NCBI GenBank assembly: GCA_963555985.3
Contig: OY820591.1
Span: 864,001-928,000, forward strand
Reading direction: 5' to 3'
Length of the DNA: 64,000 bases
DNA from: Dehalococcoidia bacterium
Lineage (GTDB): Bacteria; Chloroflexota; Dehalococcoidia; Bin125
In this document: positions 29,766 through 38,720 of the stretch, in pieces
Position numbering within the stretch: position 1 is the first letter of the stretch
How the letters are laid out: each line of letters opens with the position of its first letter
The notes under the pieces: model-generated
The model's input: the letters and a program-made list of their open reading frames with translations, nothing else
What the model was told of the DNA's origin: nothing
Databases searched by the model: none
Program-made: the position numbers and the translations under genes

Positions 29766-29978
29766 CTATCTTCCGCCAAGTGTTGGGCTGTTGGCGGCGG
29801 GAGGAATTTCTGGGCGTGCGGGACGAATTTGCCGCTGTGCGCGGGGAATTCGGCGGCAGGTAGTCCGGAAAAGTCCAGATTTGTCCCGTTCTGCCTGGAT
29901 TTTGGCAGTGTTTTGAGCGGAAATGAGAGTGTGAATCCTGGTCTGTCCAGATCTGTTTGAGCGGGTGTCGGCGGTCAT
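29766..29978 (-). CDS. possible orphan ORF or remnant (70 aa)
   Basis: downstream of an SOS-box-like promoter motif; contains 10-bp-phased GGAC repeats; weak RBS. Confidence 0.3.
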   Translation of the reverse strand: MTADTRSNRSGQTRIHTLISAQNTAKIQAERDKSGLFRTTCRRIPRAQRQIRPARPEIPPAANSPTLGGR

Positions 29979-30020
29979 AGCGGGTTTCGTTGGTTGTGGA
30001 CGGGAGGTTCGATGGGGCTG

Positions 30021-30042
30021 ATCGTATACGGACAAGAGTTCT
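30021..30042 (-). promoter_or_regulatory. LexA-box-like motif abutting a -10-like element
   Basis: minus strand reads AGAAC-TCTT-GTCC-GTATACGAT. Confidence 0.4.
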
Positions 30043-30179
30043 GTGGCGGATTGGGTGGAGTGGAGTGTTGCGGGAGGCACAGTCTGGGTTTGGGGCAGCG
30101 ACTGGGATCGCGAGAATGCAGTCGGCTTCTCTCTGTCTCCTACCTCCGAAGGCCGTCGCGTCGCCATCCGCAGCTCTGT

Positions 30180-30276
30180 TCCGTCATTGCCGCGCTTGTC
30201 GCGGCAATCTCGATGTGTTGGAGGCGGCGGTGCTGTTCACGGCGAGATACCCGCGGCAAGCGCGGGTATGACGGAG
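30180..30276. repeat. REP family A inverted pair
   Basis: CCGTCATTGCCGCG..CGCGGCAATCTCG plus CACGGCGAGATACCCGCG..CGCGGGTATGACGGAG. Confidence 0.85.
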
Positions 30277-30296
30277 TTAGATATGCGTAACAGGCA

Positions 30297-30656
30297 CTAG
30301 TGGCGGGGGCCGCGGCGGTTGGGGTCGGGGAGGGTGTCGGTGACTTGGCGGGTTCCGACCGTCTCGGTGATTACCGGTTCGTAGAGGCCGAGCTGCGGCG
30401 GGCCCGCCAACACGCCGGCGACGGTGCCTTGGGCGTGACCTTTGCGGAACGCCTCCGATTGCGTCCAGGCATGGAATGCCGCCTGGTCCTCCCAGACCGA
30501 GTAGGAGATGTAGTCGCCCGGCTCGGCTCCGCGCAAGAGCATGAACTGGATGAATCCGGGCACGTCCTGCAAGTAGGTCTCGCGGTTCTTCCAGATCGCC
30601 TCCCAGTCGGCCTCGCGCTCCTTGTTCACGTGAAAGCGGTTCATGGCCAGATACAT
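30297..30656 (-). CDS. ABM-domain monooxygenase, IsdG/HmoA heme-degrading-like
   Basis: AMNRFHV, VPGF, WTQSEAFRKGH. Confidence 0.8.
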   Translation of the reverse strand: MYLAMNRFHVNKEREADWEAIWKNRETYLQDVPGFIQFMLLRGAEPGDYISYSVWEDQAAFHAWTQSEAFRKGHAQGTVAGVLAGPPQLGLYEPVITETVGTRQVTDTLPDPNRRGPRH

Positions 30657-30745
30657 CGTTTGCGCCTTTCTCAATTCTGTGTTCGGCGGTGTTCGCTGGT
30701 GGCGGCAGGCTTCGCAGATGCAATGTCCGCGTAGACTGAGCCTAG

Positions 30746-31348
30746 ATGAGAGTAGCTTTGCCACTCCGCTTTCCGGCCGCATTCGCTGTTCTGGTTGCGA
30801 TTAGTGCGACCGCCCTTGCCTGTTCCGGCGGCGTTTCCTCCGACGAACTGGAGGCGCTTGAGCGCGAGGCGGCGCTCAATGCCGAGTCCGCCCGCCGCGC
30901 GCAGGTGATCACGGCGCTCGAACCGCTCAATCCGCTTCACTACCACCACCTCGACGCAATCGTACGCAACGAGGAGCGGATCCCGTCCGACGCGGTGATC
31001 TGGGCGACTCGCGCCGAGCTTGTCCTCGGCTGGGTCGATTGGCCGCATGAACTGCGTCCCCACGTTGAGCAGTACAGCGAGTGGTTGGCTGCGCTGCTTG
31101 CCGCGATGCGTGAGGACGATGCGGAAGCAGCAGCCGAACCCTCGCGGATCACACACGCGCTCGCACATACCTTTGAGGCATCGGTGATCGCGTGGCTCGA
31201 GGGGCGCAGCGTGCCCGAACCGCCAGAGCTCGCCGGTCTGGAGCCGCCGCCGCACGCCGGACATGAGGGCATGTCAGACGGACAGATGGAATCGATGCAG
31301 AGCGACGATGAGGCAAGCGATTCCTCCGGCCACAGCGAGCACGAGTAG
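30746..31348 (+). CDS. His-rich lipoprotein
   Basis: lipobox ALAC; YHHLD, THALAH and a His/Met-rich tail. Confidence 0.7.
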   Translation: MRVALPLRFPAAFAVLVAISATALACSGGVSSDELEALEREAALNAESARRAQVITALEPLNPLHYHHLDAIVRNEERIPSDAVIWATRAELVLGWVDWPHELRPHVEQYSEWLAALLAAMREDDAEAAAEPSRITHALAHTFEASVIAWLEGRSVPEPPELAGLEPPPHAGHEGMSDGQMESMQSDDEASDSSGHSEHE

Positions 31349-32006
31349 GAGTCTCGGCTTCGCGGGGCTGTTGGCAGTGTCGCTGGCGGCGCTGGGCCTG
31401 GGCTTGTTCGCCGGGTTTCGGCCCGCCAGCGCGCACGCCGCCTACGAGGAATCGGAGCCGCCCTTCGCAGCCGTGCTCGAGGCCTCACCTGAGCGGATTT
31501 TGCTGCGCTTCACACAGGAGCTCTTTCGGCGCGAAGGCGCGAACACGATCACGCTCACCAACCTCGACACCGCTGCGCCCGTCCGTCTCGGGCAGATTGA
31601 GATCGCCAATCAGGATCGGCACGTGATGTCCGCCGCTGTGCTGGAATCGTTGACCGTTGGTCGCTATGAGGTTGCTTGGACGAATCTCTCCGCCGAAGAC
31701 GGCGACGCCGACACCGGTGCGTATCCCTTCTACGTCGGGCGCGAACCGACCGCCGCGGAGGTCGAGTCGGATCGCGAGACCGCGATCGCGCTCCTGATTA
31801 CTTATCCCGGCGACAAATCGTTGGAAGTCGAGGACGCCAACACCGCCGTCACTGTGACTCCGACCGTCGTACGCGGCGCCAACGACTCCGAAGCGGTCGG
31901 CGGCGGGATTGGCCTTGGGGTCTGGATCTGGTTGGCGATTGGCGTGGTCGCGGCGGGCGGGCTGCTTGCGACGCTGCGGCGCAGTAGAGGGGGTCTGGAT
32001 GGGTAG
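31308..32006 (+). CDS. CopC-like protein with a C-terminal membrane anchor (start uncertain)
   Basis: ASA-HAAYEESEP N-terminus, W.NLSAEDGD..G, C-terminal TM. Confidence 0.75.
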   Translation: MRQAIPPATASTSRSLGFAGLLAVSLAALGLGLFAGFRPASAHAAYEESEPPFAAVLEASPERILLRFTQELFRREGANTITLTNLDTAAPVRLGQIEIANQDRHVMSAAVLESLTVGRYEVAWTNLSAEDGDADTGAYPFYVGREPTAAEVESDRETAIALLITYPGDKSLEVEDANTAVTVTPTVVRGANDSEAVGGGIGLGVWIWLAIGVVAAGGLLATLRRSRGGLDG

Positions 32007-32015
32007 GGCAGACCT

Positions 32016-32084
32016 CCCTCTGTCCCCCGTTCGAGTCGGGGGCAGGCTACTTCGTGACATCTCCCCCCGCGGTGCAGGGGGAGA
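32016..32084. repeat. REP family B element with a nested CAGGCT hairpin
   Basis: CCCTCTGTC[24-nt insert]ACTTCGTGACATCTCCCC..GGGGGAGA. Confidence 0.8.
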
Positions 32085-32109
32085 GGAGACCGGTGCTGTT
32101 CGGAGAGTT

Positions 32110-33123
32110 GTGCGGTTTCTGCTTATCTGCTTGATGTTTGCCATGCTCGGAGCGGCCTGTGGCGGCGGCTCGGAACCCGCTGAGCCTGAGCTTGTGCCCG
32201 TGCCTGGATTGGTCGTGTTCACGCGCGGGGTTGATATCTGGATTCACGACGAGGACGGCGAACGGCTGCTGATCGAAGCGGCCGAAGACCAACAACTGCT
32301 CAGTCCGGCGCTCGATCCGGAGGGACGCCGGATCGCCTTTGTGATCTTTCAGCTCACCAGCGGCGAGGGTTTTCAGGTCGGTGCGAGTCTCGCGCTCTAC
32401 GACCCGGGGGGCGATGCGGCAAATCCGCTGAAGCTCTTGCTCCGCCACGAGCAGGCGGGCGAGTACCACTGGAATCCGCGCTGGTCGCCGGACGGCGAGG
32501 CGCTGATCTACAGCCACGAAGCGCCTGACCTCGACATTCGTATCGAAATGCTCGATCTGAGCAGCGGACGCGCAACCGTACTGCGCGATCGCGCGCGCAG
32601 CGGCGACCTCTCGCCGGACGGAGAGCGCCTGGCCTTCATCGCCGATCCCTACGGCGGCGATCCTCGGCTCGCAGTGCGCGAGCTCGGCACGGGTGAGGAG
32701 ACTGTCCTGGATCCTGCCGGAGCGTGGGAGCCGCGCCCCTACCGGATTCCGCGCTGGACGCCCAACGGAGACGGGATCGTGTTCTCAGCGGGACAGGCGC
32801 TGCCCACGATCTCGGCTGCGCCCATCCTTACCGGCGCGGGGAACGGCCCCGAGGACATCTGGCACGTTGATCTCGCCAGCGGCCAACTCACCCTGCTTGC
32901 TGCTGTGGGCGAAGATCAGCCCGACTTCGCTATATCCAGCGACGGGCGTCACGTGCTGATCCTGGGCGCATTCGGCCTCTATCTCGCTGCGATCCCTCCG
33001 ACCGAGCCGCCCTACGCCTTCGCGCCGGGAGAGTTCCACGGCGGGATCGACTGGATCGGCGCTCTCTCCGAGGACGATGTGCAGCGAATCCGCGATTCGG
33101 TTCTGACGGGCGCATCGGAATGA
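32110..33123 (+). CDS. TolB/PD40-like beta-propeller lipoprotein
   Basis: lipobox AAC; repeated P.WSPDG, LSPDG, WTPNG, ISSDG. Confidence 0.75.
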   Translation: MRFLLICLMFAMLGAACGGGSEPAEPELVPVPGLVVFTRGVDIWIHDEDGERLLIEAAEDQQLLSPALDPEGRRIAFVIFQLTSGEGFQVGASLALYDPGGDAANPLKLLLRHEQAGEYHWNPRWSPDGEALIYSHEAPDLDIRIEMLDLSSGRATVLRDRARSGDLSPDGERLAFIADPYGGDPRLAVRELGTGEETVLDPAGAWEPRPYRIPRWTPNGDGIVFSAGQALPTISAAPILTGAGNGPEDIWHVDLASGQLTLLAAVGEDQPDFAISSDGRHVLILGAFGLYLAAIPPTEPPYAFAPGEFHGGIDWIGALSEDDVQRIRDSVLTGASE

Positions 33124-35351
33124 AGATCGCCCGCCTCTCGTTGCTGGCCCTTGCCGCAGTCGTTGCCGTTGCAGCGGCGCTGTCGCTGCCGGCACGCGCC
33201 GACGCGCACGCGCTGCTGGCGCGCTCCGATCCGCCGATCAACGCCGCTCTGCGCGAGTCGCCGCGTGAGATCACGCTGTTTATGACTGAGCCGCTGCAAC
33301 GCGACTACAGCAGTGTGACCGTGCTCGACAGCGCCGGTCAGCGCCGCGATATCGGCGGGACGGTGTTCTCCAAGGTCAATTCGACTCAGATGAGCATCGC
33401 CGTGCTGCGGCTCGAAGCAGGCGTTTACACCGTTGTCTGGCGGACGCTCTCGCAGATTGACGGTCACACCTGGAGCGGCTCCTATGTCTTCTCCGTGCTC
33501 AACGCCGACGGGAGCGCTCCGGCCGGGGGCGGTGTGGTGGTGGATCTCTCGCGTCCCGGGCCTCCCGTGGCGGCCGATGCGGCGGTCAAGGCGGTCGGTC
33601 TGGGAGCGCTGATCCTGTCTGTTGGGGCGGTCTTTGCCTCAGTTGTCCTCAGACCCGGAGCGGAACGACTGCTGTTGCCTGTGCTGAGCGTGTCGGCGCT
33701 GGTGGCACTCGCGGCAACCGGTTATGAGGCGGCGGCAGCGGCGCTGCGGCTGGGCGGATTGGGCTTCCTGGATGAGGTGCTGTTCGATACCCGCAACGGC
33801 CTCTGGTTACAGGTGCGCTGGGCGGTTCTGATCGCGATTGTGGCTGCGTTGACTGTGGGGGCGCGACGCTCTGAGCGTCTGTCGCGTGTGTCGCGCACGT
33901 TGGCGGTGTTGAGCGTGGCTTGGTTGGCTGCGACCGCTGCGATTAGCCACGGCGCGGCGCTCGATGCAGGCGGCATTTGGGGAGCGCTCTTCGATGCGAT
34001 CCATCTGGGCGCGGCGGCGCTCTGGATCGGGAGTCTGGCGTCTGTGCTGCTGATCTTGCGGCGCTGGCCCCAGGAGCGAGTCGCGGTCGTGCGGCGCTTT
34101 TCGGTTGCGGCTGCCGTTTCGGTACCCGTTCTCGCCGCGGCCGGATTGCTCAGCGCGCTAATCCAGATCCCGGCTGCACGCGGTCTGATCGAGACCGACT
34201 GGGGACTCGCCTTCCTGATCAAGCTCGCTGTCTTGCTCGCTCTGTTCAGCGCCGCCGCGATCAATGCGTTCCTGCTGCGTCCGCGCGATGCGGCCGCCGG
34301 TGGAGCCGACGCTGCGCTTGAGCGCCGCTTCACGCGCTTGATGCGTGCTGAAGTTCTGCTCGGATTGGCTGTGATCGCTGCGACTGCCGCGCTCACGCAG
34401 CTTCCGTCGCCTGCGTCGGTCTTGCCGGACACTGAACAGAAGGACAACAGCATCGTCGAAACGGTCGCGCGGGCCGATGTCGTCGCGCGGCTTGAGGTCT
34501 CGCCGAATCTGGTTGGCTTCAACGAGTGGCGGGTGCGGATCACGGACGCGAGCGGAATGGCGTTGGCGAATCCGGTCGAAGACCTGCGTTTGCGCTTTCG
34601 CTATGAAGATGAGTCGGTTGGGCCGGTGACCGTACCTGCGAACCGGATCAGCGAGGGAGAGTTTGAGCTCGAAGGCGCCTACTTCGGTCTGCCCGGGCGT
34701 TGGACGATCGAGCTCGAGATACGCCGCGCCGGCGGCGACGATCTGATCACCGCAGTGACGAGCGAGGTGGAATCGGGATACCAGACTGTCGCTCCGTTCG
34801 AGACCGCAACCCCCGGCGCGCTGGCGCTGCCCCTCACGCAGATGGATTGGAACGGAGTCGGCGCGCTCTGGGCTTTTGTAATTGGCGGTCTGGCCTGGAT
34901 CAATCGTCCTCATCTGCGCGCCCTCTTTGGCAGTCGCGGCGGAGACGGAGCGTTCGTGGCCGGACTGCTGGGCGTGATTGTCGGAGTGGTGCTCCTGACC
35001 GGTCTGCATGTGGAGCCGGGGCGCACGCTCGCTAATCCGGTCGCGCTGACGGACGAATCGGTCGCACGGGGCAGTGTGTTGTTTACCACACACTGCGCCG
35101 CTTGCCACGGCGATACCGGAGCCGGGGACGGACCACTCGCGGAGACCTTGCCCGCGCCGCCCGCCAACTTCACCGTGCATGTGCCGTTTCATCCCGACGG
35201 GGTGCTCTACGCCTGGATTTCGGATGGGATTCGGGGGACCGGAATGCCCGCTTGGGCGTCGCAGTTGTCGGAGCAGGAGCGCTGGGATTTAGTCAACTAT
35301 CTCCGCCGCCACTTTGATCCCGCCGCGCTGCGCTCTAAGGCGTCTAATTGA
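33120..35351 (+). CDS. CopC-CopD-(YtkA-like)-cytochrome c fusion
   Basis: ADA-HALL, S.IDGH, CopD motifs ISHG..AIHL..AALWIG and TDWG..LIKL, heme motif CAACH and GMP. Confidence 0.85.
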   Translation: MKIARLSLLALAAVVAVAAALSLPARADAHALLARSDPPINAALRESPREITLFMTEPLQRDYSSVTVLDSAGQRRDIGGTVFSKVNSTQMSIAVLRLEAGVYTVVWRTLSQIDGHTWSGSYVFSVLNADGSAPAGGGVVVDLSRPGPPVAADAAVKAVGLGALILSVGAVFASVVLRPGAERLLLPVLSVSALVALAATGYEAAAAALRLGGLGFLDEVLFDTRNGLWLQVRWAVLIAIVAALTVGARRSERLSRVSRTLAVLSVAWLAATAAISHGAALDAGGIWGALFDAIHLGAAALWIGSLASVLLILRRWPQERVAVVRRFSVAAAVSVPVLAAAGLLSALIQIPAARGLIETDWGLAFLIKLAVLLALFSAAAINAFLLRPRDAAAGGADAALERRFTRLMRAEVLLGLAVIAATAALTQLPSPASVLPDTEQKDNSIVETVARADVVARLEVSPNLVGFNEWRVRITDASGMALANPVEDLRLRFRYEDESVGPVTVPANRISEGEFELEGAYFGLPGRWTIELEIRRAGGDDLITAVTSEVESGYQTVAPFETATPGALALPLTQMDWNGVGALWAFVIGGLAWINRPHLRALFGSRGGDGAFVAGLLGVIVGVVLLTGLHVEPGRTLANPVALTDESVARGSVLFTTHCAACHGDTGAGDGPLAETLPAPPANFTVHVPFHPDGVLYAWISDGIRGTGMPAWASQLSEQERWDLVNYLRRHFDPAALRSKASN

Positions 35352-35399
35352 TATGCTCAACACAAGCAAGAGTGCGCCCGCCGCGCAAGGAGAATCAGC

Positions 35400-36434
35400 A
35401 TGGTCACCTCAATCGAACACCCGGGACTGAACCTCGATTGGCTCAACCTGGAAACGGACGACGAGTTCGAGATCAAGCCCGGACGCAAGGGCGTCACGCT
35501 GGCCACGATCAACCAGCGCATGGCCTCAGCCGACGGCCATGACGAGGCCGACGCCCGCTCCTTCGCCCCGCGCGGGATCGAAGCGGATCCGCGCAGCAGC
35601 GCTCACGCCCGCCAGTACCGCGACAAGGGTGATGTCTGGTCCGAGTCGGCGATGCTGCTCTACGAAGAGGCCTTGCAGCGCCAGTGGTCCTCGGCCCGCG
35701 ACATCCCCTGGGAGACGATCGGCGAGCTGCCCGACGACATCGAAAAGGCGATGTGCACGCTCTGCACCTTCCTCACCCAGGTCGAATTCATCGCCGGCGA
35801 TGTGCCTGGACGTTTTCTTGAGACCGTCCACCCCGATTTCTTCGAGTCGCAGCTTTTCCTCGGCACGCAACTGATGGACGAAGCGCGCCACCTTGACGTG
35901 TTCCGCAAGCGCGTGTTGATGAACGGCGGCGGGATGTCGCCGGCCGGTCTGGGCGCGGTGGGTCTGCTCGCGCTGGACGACTTCACCGAGATGACCGCGA
36001 TCCTGCATCTCTTCGCCGAGGGTCTGGTGCAGTCGCTCTTCCGCATGGGTGAGTTGATTGGCCAGAACGAAGCCGAGAAGCGAATGTTTCGTCTGTCAGC
36101 GCAGGACGAGAGCCGCCACCTCGCGTTTGGTGTGACGCACACCAAGTACACCGTCGAGACCCAGCCCTGGCGCAAGGAAGAACTGCACCACTACCTCGAT
36201 GTCAACGAGCGCGTGCAGAACACCCAGGCCGGTCTGACCACCAATCCGATTACGGGTGAGGCGCTGGCGGTGCTGGCGGGAGGCGGGCTCGAGCATCTCG
36301 ATGAGGGTTACAACCTGCTCATGCTGATGCGCAAGAAGCAGATCAACGAGTACTACCACCGCCTCCAGGTGGTCGGTCTCGGCGATCGGCTCGAGCGCAT
36401 GGACCCGGAGATGCGAGAGCTGATTACGGTCTAG
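35400..36434 (+). CDS. ferritin-like diiron protein with a complete ligand set
   Basis: E(QVEF)...DEARH...E(FAEG)...DESRH. Confidence 0.8.
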   Translation: MVTSIEHPGLNLDWLNLETDDEFEIKPGRKGVTLATINQRMASADGHDEADARSFAPRGIEADPRSSAHARQYRDKGDVWSESAMLLYEEALQRQWSSARDIPWETIGELPDDIEKAMCTLCTFLTQVEFIAGDVPGRFLETVHPDFFESQLFLGTQLMDEARHLDVFRKRVLMNGGGMSPAGLGAVGLLALDDFTEMTAILHLFAEGLVQSLFRMGELIGQNEAEKRMFRLSAQDESRHLAFGVTHTKYTVETQPWRKEELHHYLDVNERVQNTQAGLTTNPITGEALAVLAGGGLEHLDEGYNLLMLMRKKQINEYYHRLQVVGLGDRLERMDPEMRELITV

Positions 36435-36449
36435 GCGGTCGCAAGGGGC

Positions 36450-36523
36450 CGAACTCGTCAGCACTCGTCCGTACCTATCGGATACAGCCGAACAGACTCG
36501 AACGAATCCGAACGGAACCGAAC
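36450..36523 (+). repeat. 10-bp-phased CGAAC array
   Basis: CGAAC at 36489, 36499, 36509 and 36519, also at 36450; CGTAC at 36470. Confidence 0.7.
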
Positions 36524-36563
36524 ACCTGGAGTCGCCGTTCTCCAGAGAAAGACGGGAAACACG

Positions 36564-37841
36564 ATGGCCCAACTCTCGCCCGCGCTGAAAATGCGCGCTC
36601 AGGTCCGCGGTTGGTCCGAAGACCTGATCATGCGCGCCGAAGCCTCGAACGCGAGCGCCCGCCAGATCGAGAACGTTCTTAACGTCTCGATCGAGCCCGA
36701 GCGCGTCGCCAAGTGGCTTGATTTCGTCGAGAACAACCCCGATCACCCCTTCGCCGGGGCACAGTTGATCATGCTCCAGCCCGGCGGTGAGACCGGTCTG
36801 AAGCCGACGCCCTCCGAAGACGGGATGCGACTCTCCGACGTCGATATCGGCTCTTACGGCATCGTGCCCGAGATCTGGAAATACCGCAACGACCTCCCGC
36901 GCGGCACCCGTCCCGTGCCCGGTCTCTACATGCCCGCCGGCTACGCGATCTACGACCGCACCGAAGTCTGGGCCGAAGGCGTGGGCGACCTCTACGAAGA
37001 CGCGATCCGCGACCGCTGGATCCCGGCCAGCGACCTCGACTGGGAGAACCGCGAGGAACTGGCTCCCGAAGTCGAACGAGCGACGGGACAGCTCTGCGCG
37101 ATCTACTCCACCTACGGCATCACCGAGCAGAAGGTGATCTCCAAGTGGCTCGAAGAGATCTCCTACGGCTTCCACGAGGTCAAGCTCTTCTTGGCCACTC
37201 AGGTCTACGACGCCGGACGCAAGGTCGAGTCGCTGCGCAAGCGCGCGCTCGCCGGCGGCGGCGTGATCGGCAAAGCGCCCCTGGGAGATGTCTGCGAGTC
37301 CTGGTACAACGCGCTCACGTTCACCGACATGATCGTGGCGCTCAATGTGGTCTACAAGTCCTACGAGCTGACCGCCTTCGAGATGGCCGGCGAGTGGGCC
37401 CGCTCCGACTTCGACCGTGATCTCTTCGCCCGGCTCGCCGCCGACAGCAAGCGCCACCTCGAATACGGCCTCAAGCACCTCGAGTGGTACAACCGCTACG
37501 CCGACCGCGCTGAAGAGGAGATCGGCATCTTCCTGGCCAAGGCCGAGGGCGGCCTCGCCAGCGAGTTGGCGCAGTCGCCGCTCGAACGCGAAGCGCTGAC
37601 CGTGCTCTACGCCGACGGCGTGGAGCGCCTGGACGCCGGCATCGAAGGCCTGCGCAAGCTGCGCGAGCAGCAGTACCGCGACTACCTCACCCGCCTCGCC
37701 CAAGCCGGCGTCAACCGCGTCGGCGAAGCGATCGGCATCCTCGGCTTGACCACCCAGGATCCACTGCTCTTGGCGCTGAACCCCGATGCGTTAGTCGAGG
37801 GCGTCGCCACCGGCGGCAGCGAGATGATCCGCGACAACTAA
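36564..37841 (+). CDS. ferritin-like paralogue with degenerate diiron ligands
   Basis: aligns by eye with the upstream protein but has DAGRK and DSKRH in place of the ExxH motifs. Confidence 0.75.
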   Translation: MAQLSPALKMRAQVRGWSEDLIMRAEASNASARQIENVLNVSIEPERVAKWLDFVENNPDHPFAGAQLIMLQPGGETGLKPTPSEDGMRLSDVDIGSYGIVPEIWKYRNDLPRGTRPVPGLYMPAGYAIYDRTEVWAEGVGDLYEDAIRDRWIPASDLDWENREELAPEVERATGQLCAIYSTYGITEQKVISKWLEEISYGFHEVKLFLATQVYDAGRKVESLRKRALAGGGVIGKAPLGDVCESWYNALTFTDMIVALNVVYKSYELTAFEMAGEWARSDFDRDLFARLAADSKRHLEYGLKHLEWYNRYADRAEEEIGIFLAKAEGGLASELAQSPLEREALTVLYADGVERLDAGIEGLRKLREQQYRDYLTRLAQAGVNRVGEAIGILGLTTQDPLLLALNPDALVEGVATGGSEMIRDN

Positions 37842-37895
37842 CGCGCTGGCGCGCAGTTCGCTTCGGCGGCTGGCGGCGGCCCGGATCAGGCTGCG

Positions 37896-38681
37896 ATGAG
37901 CATTGACCTGAACTACGACCTGGACGGGCCGGCCGGCGCGCCCGTTGTGCTCTTCGTGCACGGCATCCTCACCTGCCGCGCCCACTGGCTCCTGAACCTG
38001 TCCGCCTTCCAGGAGCGCTATCGCACAGTCGTGGTCGAGCTTTTGGGTCACGGCCGCTCTCCCGCTCCCGAAGACCCTGCGCTCTATCACCCCGACCGCT
38101 ACGCGGAGCGCTTCTCCACCCTGCGCAAGTCGCTCGGCGTGGAGCGCTGGTTCGTCGTGGGTCAGTCGCTCGGCGCCGCGCTCACGCTCAACTATGCGAT
38201 GGCGCAGCCGGACGAGGTGATCGCGCATGTTGTCACCAACTCGCATTCGGCATTTGGCGATCCCAAGCGGATCGGCAATCCCAAGGCGGCGCGGGAACGC
38301 GCCCAGCAGATGATCGAGGGCGGGATCGAGGCGGTGATGCAGCATCCGCTCAATCCGGGCCGCGCCCGCGCCTTTTCCTCCGAACAGCGCGAGCAGTTCG
38401 CCGCCGATATGCGGCGCAGCGCTCCTGCCGGCATCGCTCGGACGATGATGCACACCTCTCCTTACACGCCCCTGCGCGAGCGCCTGCCCCGGAATCCGGT
38501 ACCGACGCTGCTCGTCTCCGGCGATCGTGAAACCGCCTTCGACCCAGCCCGCGAGTGGGTCGCAGCACACGCCGCCAACTTCCGCATTGAGCGCGTCTCA
38601 GCCACCCACGCCGTCAATATCTCCGCCGCCGCCGACTTCAACCGGATCGCTCTAGCCTTCTTTGCCGAGCACACCCGCTAG
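37896..38681 (+). CDS. alpha/beta hydrolase
   Basis: FVHG, GHGRS, GQSLG nucleophile elbow, catalytic His in THAVN. Confidence 0.85.
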   Translation: MSIDLNYDLDGPAGAPVVLFVHGILTCRAHWLLNLSAFQERYRTVVVELLGHGRSPAPEDPALYHPDRYAERFSTLRKSLGVERWFVVGQSLGAALTLNYAMAQPDEVIAHVVTNSHSAFGDPKRIGNPKAARERAQQMIEGGIEAVMQHPLNPGRARAFSSEQREQFAADMRRSAPAGIARTMMHTSPYTPLRERLPRNPVPTLLVSGDRETAFDPAREWVAAHAANFRIERVSATHAVNISAAADFNRIALAFFAEHTR

Positions 38682-38720
38682 AGTCCACTAGCAGCCGGCA
38701 ACAGCGAGCGGGAGCAGCGG

